Source: an uncultured Alphaproteobacteria bacterium (GTDB lineage: Bacteria > Pseudomonadota > Alphaproteobacteria > HIMB59 > GCA-002718135). Taken from it: a stretch of DNA of 64,000 nt. The stretch covers positions 4,852 through 68,851 of the forward strand of contig CACNKX010000006.1 in assembly GCA_902621165.1 (NCBI GenBank). The letters are read 5' to 3'. Under the pieces are notes generated by a model. The model was not told the DNA's origin, searched no databases, and saw nothing but the letters and a program-made list of their open reading frames with translations. The translations under genes were made by a program, and so were the position numbers. This document shows positions 31,304 to 39,751 of the stretch, one piece after another; the first letter of the stretch is position 1; every line of letters begins with the position of its first letter.

Positions 31304-32074
31304 AAAATCTGTATTATTTAAAATAAATCTAGAATTTTTTTCTTTAATACTTTTTAAACGAAATTTTAACCAATCATCAAAATTAAGTTTATTTTTTTGA
31401 ATAATTTGTCTACAAAAATTTAAAAAATAAATTTGAAATTCATAATTTTTACTAACATCCCATGTAGAGTCTAAAACATATGTTTTGTGAGTCCTTTTAA
31501 ATACTTTATTTATTAATTCAGTACAATCTGGTCCAACAGCCAATTCCCCTATTCCTTTGTCAGATTTTTGATCTTTATTAAAAATATTAAGAATTTTTTT
31601 ATCATCATTGTGTTTTGGAAAAAATTTAAAATTACCGTTATAATTTAAGGCAAAATAGACAATTTCCGTATCAAGATTTAATTTATGAAAATTTTTAAAC
31701 CATGTTTTTGGAAGAATATCTAAAAAAGCAGATCCTGTAACTAAATTATAATCATTAAAATTTATTTTTTCTAAATTATTAATTACATCAACAATTTTAA
31801 AATTAGTTTTTTTTATTTTAGAAGATAATTTTATATTTTCTTTAAAATAATTTGTTGATTGATGTGATATGTCTACAAAAGACCAATATTGATTATTTAA
31901 AAATCGTGACTTAAGAAATCTATAATTGGATCCAGTGCCTGAACCCAAATCAATTATTTTAATATTTTTTTTATTTTTAAAAAATTTATTAATTAAATAT
32001 AGTATCCTTTTGTTTCTTGAATTTCTATCAACAGTTTCTCTAAGATTTAACCATTTATTTTGAAATTCATGCAT
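31286..32074 (-). CDS. Class I SAM-dependent methyltransferase
   Basis: Motif I IIDLGSGTGSN and post-I acidic residue (FVDIS). 18-nt convergent overlap with the RibD_C gene. Confidence 0.7.
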   Translation of the reverse strand: MHEFQNKWLNLRETVDRNSRNKRILYLINKFFKNKKNIKIIDLGSGTGSNYRFLKSRFLNNQYWSFVDISHQSTNYFKENIKLSSKIKKTNFKIVDVINNLEKINFNDYNLVTGSAFLDILPKTWFKNFHKLNLDTEIVYFALNYNGNFKFFPKHNDDKKILNIFNKDQKSDKGIGELAVGPDCTELINKVFKRTHKTYVLDSTWDVSKNYEFQIYFLNFCRQIIQKNKLNFDDWLKFRLKSIKEKNSRFILNNTDFLAIKK

Positions 32075-32075
32075 A

Positions 32076-33140
32076 TTAAATTAAATTAACAAATTTCTTA
32101 GCTGACTCTAGAGGAGTAAGAAGATATCTTTTATTTTTTTGAATATCAATATTTAGTTTATTAAAATTTTTTTTATTTAATATATTTTTAATAATTATAT
32201 TTCTAAGATCATTTACTTCAAATTTTTTGAAATAAATAATACCCTTTTTTCCTAGTGTATTTAAGATAGTATTTGTAAAAAAGGTTATAATTGGCTTTTT
32301 TATTATTAATGCATTTGCTAAAGACATTCCAAAACCTTCATATTTACTTACTGAAATGTAACAATCTGTTTTAGAATATAATTTTGCTAATTTTGTATCT
32401 GAAATAGTACCGTGGAATATTATTTTTCTTTTCATTGAATTTTTAGAAATAAATTTTTTGAGTTTTTTGTAATAACCTATATCTCTTGTAGTATCACCAA
32501 CAATTTCTAAAATAAAATTATCTAAAGGCTTTAAAACTTTTAATAAAAAAAGATAATTTTTTCTATTTATTATACTTCCACATGTTAAAAGATGAATTTT
32601 ACTATTGTTTTTAAAATTATAATTTGCTAGTCTTTCTATACCAGGTTCAACTACAGATATTTTATTATTTAGAACCTTAAATTCATTTATTAATAAATTT
32701 TTTGTATTTTTAGATGTAACAATAAATTTATTTATTTTTTTGAAATTTTCTTTTTCTAATCTTAAAAATTTTTTTGACCTTTGACCTTTAAATTCAAGAT
32801 ATAAAGGATGATGTATTAGCGCGATAACATTATAAGTAAGTATTTTTTTAAAAATAGTATACATTCCTTCTAAAGCTAATCCATCGATTATAATTTTAGA
32901 GTCAGGATCAATTTTATCTAAAATTTTTAGAAAATATTTTATATCGTTATTTGTAGGAAAAGGATAATTTTCACTTAGCGCAATTGGTCTAATATTTATA
33001 TCCATTATCTTTGCATATTCTAGGATATTTTTTTCATAAATATATCCTCCAGTTTTTGCATTAATATTTCCTGGATAAACAAAATAAATATAAGATTTAT
33101 TTTTAGATAACCTCTTTTTCATATGATGCCCATGCAACAT
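32076..33140 (-). CDS. Glycosyltransferase, GT4 (group 1) family
   Basis: GT-B C-terminal motif EGFGMSLANALIIKKPII (E-x7-E region). An alternative start at MKKRLSK (33122) is possible. Overlaps the 3' end of the PTPS homologue. Confidence 0.75.
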   Translation of the reverse strand: MLHGHHMKKRLSKNKSYIYFVYPGNINAKTGGYIYEKNILEYAKIMDINIRPIALSENYPFPTNNDIKYFLKILDKIDPDSKIIIDGLALEGMYTIFKKILTYNVIALIHHPLYLEFKGQRSKKFLRLEKENFKKINKFIVTSKNTKNLLINEFKVLNNKISVVEPGIERLANYNFKNNSKIHLLTCGSIINRKNYLFLLKVLKPLDNFILEIVGDTTRDIGYYKKLKKFISKNSMKRKIIFHGTISDTKLAKLYSKTDCYISVSKYEGFGMSLANALIIKKPIITFFTNTILNTLGKKGIIYFKKFEVNDLRNIIIKNILNKKNFNKLNIDIQKNKRYLLTPLESAKKFVNLI

Positions 33141-33501
33141 TTGATTCTTGCAAGGTTATTTTAATTTTTTTTAAAGATTTGTAATCTTCAGAGAATTCAT
33201 TTCTTAGTCTATTCAAGATCTTATTGCAAATATCCTCTGCTAAAAACTCTGTTGAGGTAATTTTTCCCTTAAATTCATCAATCTCATCTAAATTTTGATA
33301 ATTATATATTTTAAGAATATCTTTTAAAGTCGTGGACACTATTCCTAAATCCATAATTATATTGTATTTATTAAGTTTATCAGTGAAAAATTCTGCATCT
33401 ACTAAATATGTAGCTCCATGCATATTTTGGGCTGGTCCAAATACTTCTCCAGGTAAAGAATGAGCTATTAGAATATTTTCTCTTACTTTTATCGAATACA
33501 T
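33103..33501 (-). CDS. 6-pyruvoyl-tetrahydropterin synthase (PTPS)/QueD-fold (T-fold) homologue lacking catalytic Cys and part of the Zn site
   Basis: IAHSLPGEVFGPAQNMHGATYLVDAEF aligns with PTPS/QueD AAHRL.....C...HGH.Y.V. The Cys position is Ala and HGH is HGA. Confidence 0.8.
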   Translation of the reverse strand: MYSIKVRENILIAHSLPGEVFGPAQNMHGATYLVDAEFFTDKLNKYNIIMDLGIVSTTLKDILKIYNYQNLDEIDEFKGKITSTEFLAEDICNKILNRLRNEFSEDYKSLKKIKITLQESNVAWASYEKEVI

Positions 33502-33503
33502 AA

Positions 33504-34463
33504 TTAATATTTAACTAGATGCATTACTGTATCCTTATTTTTAAGGATTTTATAGTAATCTTTTTCTAAATCAAAAAAATTACTTTCACTAGTAATTAAT
33601 TTTTCTAATTTTGAATTTTTTAAAGATTTAATTGCTAATTTTAATCTCCCCTCAAAATCATATTTATTTTTCATGTATTTTGGTATTTTAGATACCTGTG
33701 AGCTAATAATTTTTAATCTTTTAGAATGAAAATACCCACCTAAGGCAACTTCTCCTTTATTTTTACCAAACCAACTAGCTTCTACTATTTTTCCTTCGAT
33801 AGATAATTTTTCCATTAAAGAATTTAGAACTTTATAATTAGCTGTAGTGTTTATTGCTACATCTATTTTCTCAATCTTTCTTATATCAATAAAATTTAAT
33901 CCTAAATAGTTGGCAATTTTTCTTTTATTTTTATTATTATCAAAAACATAGACATTTTTATATCCATTAATTTTAAAAAAAAATGCAGTTAATAATCCTA
34001 CAGAGCCAAGTCCTACAATTAGAATTTTGTTATTACTTTTAGATTGTGCGTCCCAAAAGATATTAATTGCTGTTTCCATATTTGCAGTTAGAACATATTT
34101 TCTCAAATTTCCTTTTGGTAAAAAAATTAAATTTTGAATAGAAATTTCATATAAATCTTGATGAGGATAAAGACTAAATATTTTTTTATTTATATATTTC
34201 CTTGGACCATCGATAATATTCCCAACATTTATATAACCGTATTTTATAGGTAAATTAAAAGAACCCTCTTGAAAAGGGGCTTTCATTAATTCAAATTGAT
34301 CCTTACTTACGCTTTTAGATGAAACTAATTTTTCAGTTCCCTTGCTAATACCTGAGTAAATAGTTTTAACTAAAACTGTTTTGTTATTTTTATTGTAAAC
34401 AAGTTTTTTTTGATAAATTTTAGCTTGTTTTTTTTTATCAATCCATAAAGAATAAGATTTCAT
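33504..34463 (-). CDS. Medium-chain dehydrogenase/reductase (MDR)-family dehydrogenase, probably zinc-independent
   Basis: GroES-like N-terminus (VLVKTIYSGISKGTE, where the usual Zn-ligand Cys is Ser) and Rossmann motif ILIVGLGSVGLL. Confidence 0.7.
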   Translation of the reverse strand: MKSYSLWIDKKKQAKIYQKKLVYNKNNKTVLVKTIYSGISKGTEKLVSSKSVSKDQFELMKAPFQEGSFNLPIKYGYINVGNIIDGPRKYINKKIFSLYPHQDLYEISIQNLIFLPKGNLRKYVLTANMETAINIFWDAQSKSNNKILIVGLGSVGLLTAFFFKINGYKNVYVFDNNKNKRKIANYLGLNFIDIRKIEKIDVAINTTANYKVLNSLMEKLSIEGKIVEASWFGKNKGEVALGGYFHSKRLKIISSQVSKIPKYMKNKYDFEGRLKLAIKSLKNSKLEKLITSESNFFDLEKDYYKILKNKDTVMHLVKY

Positions 34464-34476
34464 AATTTACTTATAA

Positions 34477-35244
34477 ATGTATAATAAAAAAATGCTAACA
34501 AACTTTTGGGAAGAATTAACAACAAATGAAATTAAAAAAATAAATAGAAAAACAGTTTTAATTTTCCCATTTTCATCAATAGAACAACACGGTCCGCATC
34601 TTCCATTAAATACTGATAAAAAAATTCTTGAAGGAATATTATTAGAATTCAATAAAAAATATAATTCAAATAAATATTTAATTATGCCTGAAATATATTT
34701 TGGTTCAGCTGCTGAACATACAGATTTTGATGGAACAATAAGTATTGATTCATTGGAATTTATATCGCACTCTTTGTCAATTTTAGAAAATGTATGTAAA
34801 TTAAAATTTAAAAATATATTACTTTTAAATAGTCATGGTGGACAAATTAGCCATATAGATATTATTGCTAAAGAATTGAAATCAGAATTTAAGATAAACA
34901 TAGTAAAAGGCACATATTTTTTATTTGATCAATTTAAAGGAATTATATCAAGTAAAGAAAAAGACTTTGGTTATCACGGTGGAGAATTTGAAACATCTAT
35001 TATGTTATATTTATTTCCAAACCTAGTTAGGCAATCTAAAATTTCTAAACATAGATTATCTCCCGATTATTTATCATCTAAAACCATTTCTTATGAAAAA
35101 AATATTAAGAAAACTTGGGTAACTAAAGAATTAAGTAAAAGTGGAATTATTGGAGATCCTAGAAAATCCAATGCACAGATAGGAAAAAAAATAATTGATA
35201 GAGTAACACAAAAATTAGATAAGATAATAAATGAAATGTTTTAG
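34477..35244 (+). CDS. Creatininase-fold metal-dependent amidohydrolase
   Basis: Family motifs SSIEQHGPHLPLNTD, NSHGGQ and YHGGEFETS. Divergent from the MDR gene with only a 13-nt spacer. Confidence 0.85.
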   Translation: MYNKKMLTNFWEELTTNEIKKINRKTVLIFPFSSIEQHGPHLPLNTDKKILEGILLEFNKKYNSNKYLIMPEIYFGSAAEHTDFDGTISIDSLEFISHSLSILENVCKLKFKNILLLNSHGGQISHIDIIAKELKSEFKINIVKGTYFLFDQFKGIISSKEKDFGYHGGEFETSIMLYLFPNLVRQSKISKHRLSPDYLSSKTISYEKNIKKTWVTKELSKSGIIGDPRKSNAQIGKKIIDRVTQKLDKIINEMF

Positions 35245-35267
35245 ATTTTTATTTATTAAGAATTAAA

Positions 35268-35831
35268 TTAAAAAAATTTTTCGTATACCTCATTGTACTC
35301 ACAATAGTATACCTCACAGTTATCCAGCATATATTCAGTTATTTGACTTAAGAATGTACCATGACTAACTAATACAATTTTTTGTAAATTAAGGTTTTTG
35401 ATAGATAGGAGAAAAGACCTTAATCTCATTTTAATATCATTGTGAGACTCTTGTATAATTTTTTTTTCATTAATAGGTTTATTATTATTCCACCAAAAAT
35501 CATTTAAATTATTAAAATCAAAATCATTAAATTCTTTTTTTAATTTTTTTGGTTGTCTTCCTACATCACATGAATGGTACAAATGTTCTCTTATTAAAGG
35601 TTCAATTACAGGTTTATTAGATGGAAAAACAATAGAGAATGTTTCCAATGTTCTTGTTAAGGGGGAACAAAAATAATTATCAAATTTGATATTTTTAATT
35701 CTATTATTTAATTTTTTTGCTTGCTCAACTCCTCTTTGAGTAATTCTTGCATCATAATAATAAGTTGGATTATCTAAATCTGATGCTGCATTAGCTTCTG
35801 ACTCTGCATGTCTTATAAGATATAATTTCAT
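35268..35831 (-). CDS. Histidine phosphatase (phosphoglycerate mutase-like) family protein
   Basis: N-terminal LIRHAESEAN (RHG-type catalytic motif) and a C-terminal SHG motif (LVSHGTF). Confidence 0.8.
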   Translation of the reverse strand: MKLYLIRHAESEANAASDLDNPTYYYDARITQRGVEQAKKLNNRIKNIKFDNYFCSPLTRTLETFSIVFPSNKPVIEPLIREHLYHSCDVGRQPKKLKKEFNDFDFNNLNDFWWNNNKPINEKKIIQESHNDIKMRLRSFLLSIKNLNLQKIVLVSHGTFLSQITEYMLDNCEVYYCEYNEVYEKFF

Positions 35832-35886
35832 TTTTTAACTATAAATACAATAAACGTTAATGCATCAGTAAGTATAAAACTTAGCT

Positions 35887-36024
35887 TTATTTACGGGAAG
35901 AAACGGCCAATAACAATGGCACAATCATAACTAAGGTTGTTAAGACTGATGGATTAAATAACCAATAAAGAACACCTAGAGAAAATATTAACATCCAGAA
36001 TTCATTTTTATACAAAAATTTCAT
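35887..36024 (-). CDS. Hypothetical small membrane peptide (45 aa)
   Basis: My translation is MKFLYKNEFWMLIFSLGVLYWLFNPSVLTTLVMIVPLLLAVSSRK*. It starts 15 nt downstream of the ligase alpha-subunit stop. Not in the track. Speculative. Confidence 0.25.
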   Translation of the reverse strand: MKFLYKNEFWMLIFSLGVLYWLFNPSVLTTLVMIVPLLLAVSSRK

Positions 36025-36039
36025 TATTTTTTAATTATA

Positions 36040-36936
36040 TTAATTCAAATTATTTTCTACTAATACTTTTTTAACAGTTTCACCCATTACAGAAGGGTTT
36101 TTGGAAATTGTAACTCCACACTCTTTAAGAAGTTCTACTTTTTCTATTGCACTTTCACCATAAGCAGAAACAATTGCGCCAGCGTGCCCCATCACACGAC
36201 CTTTAGGTGCAGTTAGTCCTGCTATATACGCAATTACCGGTTTACTCATATTTTCTTTAGCAAATTGTCCAGCTTCAACTTCTTGTGGGCCACCTATTTC
36301 ACCTATCATTAAAACTGCAATAGTTTCATCATCATTTTCAAACTTTTCAATTATATCTCTAAAAGAACTTCCATTTATTGGATCGCCTCCTATACCCACA
36401 CTTGTTGAAACACCAATTTCTAAATCTTTAAGTTGTTGTGCAGCTTCATATCCCAAAGTGCCAGATCTACTAACTATTCCTATTTTACCTTCTTTGTAAA
36501 TATGACCAGGCATAATACCTAACATAGATTTACCAGGGCTAATTATTCCTGCACAATTCGGACCTACTAATCCCATTTTTTTATCTTTTGGATATCTTCT
36601 CATGTATCTTTTTATTTTAACCATATCATGAGAAGGAATACCGTCAGTAATAGCCACACACGTTTTAATACCTGCATCAGCAGCTTCCATTGCTGAGTCT
36701 GCTGCAAAGGCTGGTGGGACAAATAAAATTGATGTTGATGCTCCAGTTTGATCTACAGCTTCTTTAACAGTATTAAAAACAGGAAGATTTAAATGAGTCA
36801 TACCACCCTTTCCAGGTGTTACCCCGCCAACAACATTAGAACCATACTTAATCATTTCTTCAGCATGAAAACTTCCAATTTTACCAGTGAATCCTTGGAC
36901 TAAAATTTTTGTATTTTTGTGAATGATTATAGACAT
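36040..36936 (-). CDS. mtkB: Malate--CoA ligase (malate thiokinase) alpha subunit; succinyl-CoA ligase alpha is the alternative
   Basis: CoA-ligase alpha fold and phosphohistidine loop MGHAGAI. An RYMRRYPKDKK insertion and GIGGDPINGSSF resemble MtkB as I recall it. Operon with mcl. Confidence 0.65.
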   Translation of the reverse strand: MSIIIHKNTKILVQGFTGKIGSFHAEEMIKYGSNVVGGVTPGKGGMTHLNLPVFNTVKEAVDQTGASTSILFVPPAFAADSAMEAADAGIKTCVAITDGIPSHDMVKIKRYMRRYPKDKKMGLVGPNCAGIISPGKSMLGIMPGHIYKEGKIGIVSRSGTLGYEAAQQLKDLEIGVSTSVGIGGDPINGSSFRDIIEKFENDDETIAVLMIGEIGGPQEVEAGQFAKENMSKPVIAYIAGLTAPKGRVMGHAGAIVSAYGESAIEKVELLKECGVTISKNPSVMGETVKKVLVENNLN

Positions 36937-36938
36937 GA

Positions 36939-38099
36939 TTATCCAAGAGCCTTCACTGCTTTATTTGCTGCATCTTCTAAAGTTGATGCCTCAATGTAAT
37001 TAATATTGCTTTTTTTAAGTATTTCATTTCCCTTTTCGACGTTAGTTCCAGCTAAACGTATAACTAAAGGATGTTTAATTTCAATTTTTGATAAAGCTTG
37101 AACAATTCCTTCTGCAACCCAATCACATCTATTAATTCCTGCAAAGATATTAACTAATATTACCTTAACTTTTGTGTCCATAGAGATTAATTTAAACGCT
37201 TTAACTATTTTTTCAGGCGTTGCACCTCCGCCAACATCTAAAAAATTTGCAGGTTGACCACCAGCAAGTTTTATCATATCCATAGAAGCCATTGCTAAGC
37301 CTGCACCATTAATAATATTACCAATATTCCCATCTAAGCTTACATAATTCATTCCTCTGTCAGAAGCATAAACTTCATTTGAATTTTCTTGTGTTTTATC
37401 TCTAAGTTCTGCAATTTCGTCTCTTCTAAACATTGCATTATTATCAAAACTCATTTTACAATCTAATGCTAATATTTCATCTTGGTGTGATACAACTAAT
37501 GGGTTAACTTCAACCATTGTTGCATCAAGCTCACTAAAAGCTTTATAACAACCAATAATTGTATTTGCAGCTCTTGAGATCAATTTGGATTCAATTCCTA
37601 AACCAAAAGCTATTTCTCTTGCTTGAAATTGTTGAATACCAACTGCTACTTCTATTTTAGATCGTATAATTGTTTCAGGTTTTTCTTTTGAAATTTCTTC
37701 TACACTCATTCCACCTTCTGTTGAGGCTACAACCATTATACTTTCTGAAGATCTATCAAACACTAAACCTAAATATAATTCGTGTTTGATATCAGTTGCT
37801 TCTTCAATATAAATTCTATTTATTATCTTACCCCCTGGACCAGTTTGGTTTGTAATTAATTTTTTACCTAACAATTTATCAGTTGCATCAGCAACTTCTA
37901 ACGGAGAATTACATATTATAATTCCTCCCGCTTTACCTCTAGCACCTGAGTGAACTTGCGCTTTTACAACCCATTTTGAACCACCAATTTCTCTTGCTTT
38001 GTTTTCTGCATTTTCTGGACTATAAACAATACCACCAGTAGGAATTTTAACACCAAAATCAGACAATATTTTTTTTGCTTGATATTCGTGTATATCCAT
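36939..38099 (-). CDS. mtkA: Malate--CoA ligase beta subunit (ATP-grasp); succinyl-CoA ligase beta is the alternative
   Basis: MDIHEYQAK start. NIFAGINRCDWVAEG differs from NIFGGIVRCD in SucC, and VGIQQFQAREIAF is also present. Its ATG overlaps the mcl stop (TAATG). Confidence 0.65.
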   Translation of the reverse strand: MDIHEYQAKKILSDFGVKIPTGGIVYSPENAENKAREIGGSKWVVKAQVHSGARGKAGGIIICNSPLEVADATDKLLGKKLITNQTGPGGKIINRIYIEEATDIKHELYLGLVFDRSSESIMVVASTEGGMSVEEISKEKPETIIRSKIEVAVGIQQFQAREIAFGLGIESKLISRAANTIIGCYKAFSELDATMVEVNPLVVSHQDEILALDCKMSFDNNAMFRRDEIAELRDKTQENSNEVYASDRGMNYVSLDGNIGNIINGAGLAMASMDMIKLAGGQPANFLDVGGGATPEKIVKAFKLISMDTKVKVILVNIFAGINRCDWVAEGIVQALSKIEIKHPLVIRLAGTNVEKGNEILKKSNINYIEASTLEDAANKAVKALG

Positions 38100-39037
38100 T
38101 ACTTGCTCTCAATTAATTTATTTATATTTACAATATTTTCAGCCATTCTTGCAGATGCAGCGTCGATCATTCTTCCATCAAGCTGAGCAGCACCCTTTCC
38201 TTCAGTAGCTGCTTTTTCTAATTCTAATAATATTTTTTTTGCTTTATCTATTTCTTCTTTAGGTGGAGAAAAAACTTCATTAGCAAGATCTATTTGTGAT
38301 GGATGTATAGCCCATTTACCCTCAAAACCAATTGCTGCAGCTCTTTTTGCTGCATCAAGATATCCTTCTTTGTCATTAAAATCACCAAAAGGTCCGTCTA
38401 TTGCTCTTAAGCCATATGATCTACAAGTCATTACTAATGTTGATAAGCCATGATGCCATTGATCTCCAGGGTAATCAGGATTTAACCCACCTATAACAAC
38501 GGTTCTTGCGCGCATACTTGCTGCATAATCTGCAACTCCAAAATGTAATGCTTCTAGTCTTGAACTTGATGTTGCAATTGGTTGAATATTAGACATTCCT
38601 AGTGCTGTTTCAATTAAACATTCTAAACCTATTTTATTTTCAAATTTTTTATTTTGCTCAATTTGATTAAGCAAACAATCAACCATATATACATCAGATG
38701 ATGAGCCTACTTTTGGAATTAATAATGTATCAACCCTATCACCTACCTCTTCAATAATTTCAATTACATCACGGTACATATAGTGTGTATCCAAACCGTT
38801 AATTCTTATAGAGATTGTTTTACCTTCTTCTTTCCAATTATATTCTTTTATTGCATTAATAACATTTCTTCTTGCATCAATTTTATCATTTGGAGATACT
38901 GCATCTTCTAGGTCTAAGAAAATATAATCGGCATTTGATTTTAATGCTTTCTCAAACATCTTTGGATTAGAGCCAGGGACTGCCAACTCACTTCTGTGTA
39001 ATCTAGATTTAGCAGGTTTATAAAATAAATGGCTCAT
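38099..39037 (-). CDS. mcl: L-malyl-CoA / beta-methylmalyl-CoA lyase (HpcH/CitE-like)
   Basis: RLHRSELAVPGSNPKMFEKA, IFLDLEDAV, INGLDTHYMYRDV and GFEGKWAIHPSQIDLANEVF closely match Mcl of serine-cycle and ethylmalonyl-CoA organisms as I recall them. Confidence 0.85.
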   Translation of the reverse strand: MSHLFYKPAKSRLHRSELAVPGSNPKMFEKALKSNADYIFLDLEDAVSPNDKIDARRNVINAIKEYNWKEEGKTISIRINGLDTHYMYRDVIEIIEEVGDRVDTLLIPKVGSSSDVYMVDCLLNQIEQNKKFENKIGLECLIETALGMSNIQPIATSSSRLEALHFGVADYAASMRARTVVIGGLNPDYPGDQWHHGLSTLVMTCRSYGLRAIDGPFGDFNDKEGYLDAAKRAAAIGFEGKWAIHPSQIDLANEVFSPPKEEIDKAKKILLELEKAATEGKGAAQLDGRMIDAASARMAENIVNINKLIESK

Positions 39038-39094
39038 TTAAAAAAAAATTATATATTTGATTAATATTATAAAAGCGATAAAAAAATTTAAATA

Positions 39095-39751
39095 TTATAA
39101 AGATATTTCCTTAAGGCAATTTTCATCATTATTTTTTGGATTATTTACAATTTTTGATACTGGATAAAAGTCTAAATCATCCTCGATAATACTTTTGTTT
39201 TTATGTAGGAATTCATTTTCATTATCATTAAGAAAATCAAGACCCTCATTATGAGACATAATAAGAGGCATTCTATTATGTATATGGGAAAGGTTTTCAT
39301 TTGCTTCCTTAGTAATGATACAGACAACATTCATTTTTTTATTATCTCTTATTTCTTCCCTCCAAATTCCACCAAAAAACAATAATTCATTTCTAGGAAT
39401 TGATATTAAATATGGTTGTTTTTGATTATTTATATTTTTCCATTCATAGTATCCATTTGCAATAATCAGACATTTTCTTTTAGTAAATGATTCTTTGAAT
39501 AAATATTTATCATTAATCGTTTCAATTCTTGCATTAATAACAAATTGAGTAACATTATTTTGTTTACTAAAAAAACTATAACTCCAAATAAAAGTATCTA
39601 TTAAAAGTTTATGATTGTTTTTATAGATAATATTAACAATATTAGACGGTGATATATTGTAAGACTTATGTGAGTAATTTAAAACTTCAGAGTTAGGAAA
39701 AAGTTTTATAATTTTTACTTTATCTTCAGTACTTGTAAATCTTCCGCACAC
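39095..39751 (-). CDS. SOS response-associated peptidase (SRAP/YedK) family, abasic-site processing protein
   Basis: Starts MCGRF (catalytic Cys2). Also NARIET, ANGYYEW and HNRMPLI. Confidence 0.85.
   Translation of the reverse strand: MCGRFTSTEDKVKIIKLFPNSEVLNYSHKSYNISPSNIVNIIYKNNHKLLIDTFIWSYSFFSKQNNVTQFVINARIETINDKYLFKESFTKRKCLIIANGYYEWKNINNQKQPYLISIPRNELLFFGGIWREEIRDNKKMNVVCIITKEANENLSHIHNRMPLIMSHNEGLDFLNDNENEFLHKNKSIIEDDLDFYPVSKIVNNPKNNDENCLKEISL

Noticed and set aside
36040-38099. Calling the CoA-ligase pair sucCD (succinyl-CoA synthetase).
   Set aside because: Not fully rejected. I prefer mtkAB because of the stop/start coupling to malyl-CoA lyase, the absence of mdh/sucAB neighbours, and sequence features I associate with MtkAB. 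A phylogeny is needed to settle it.
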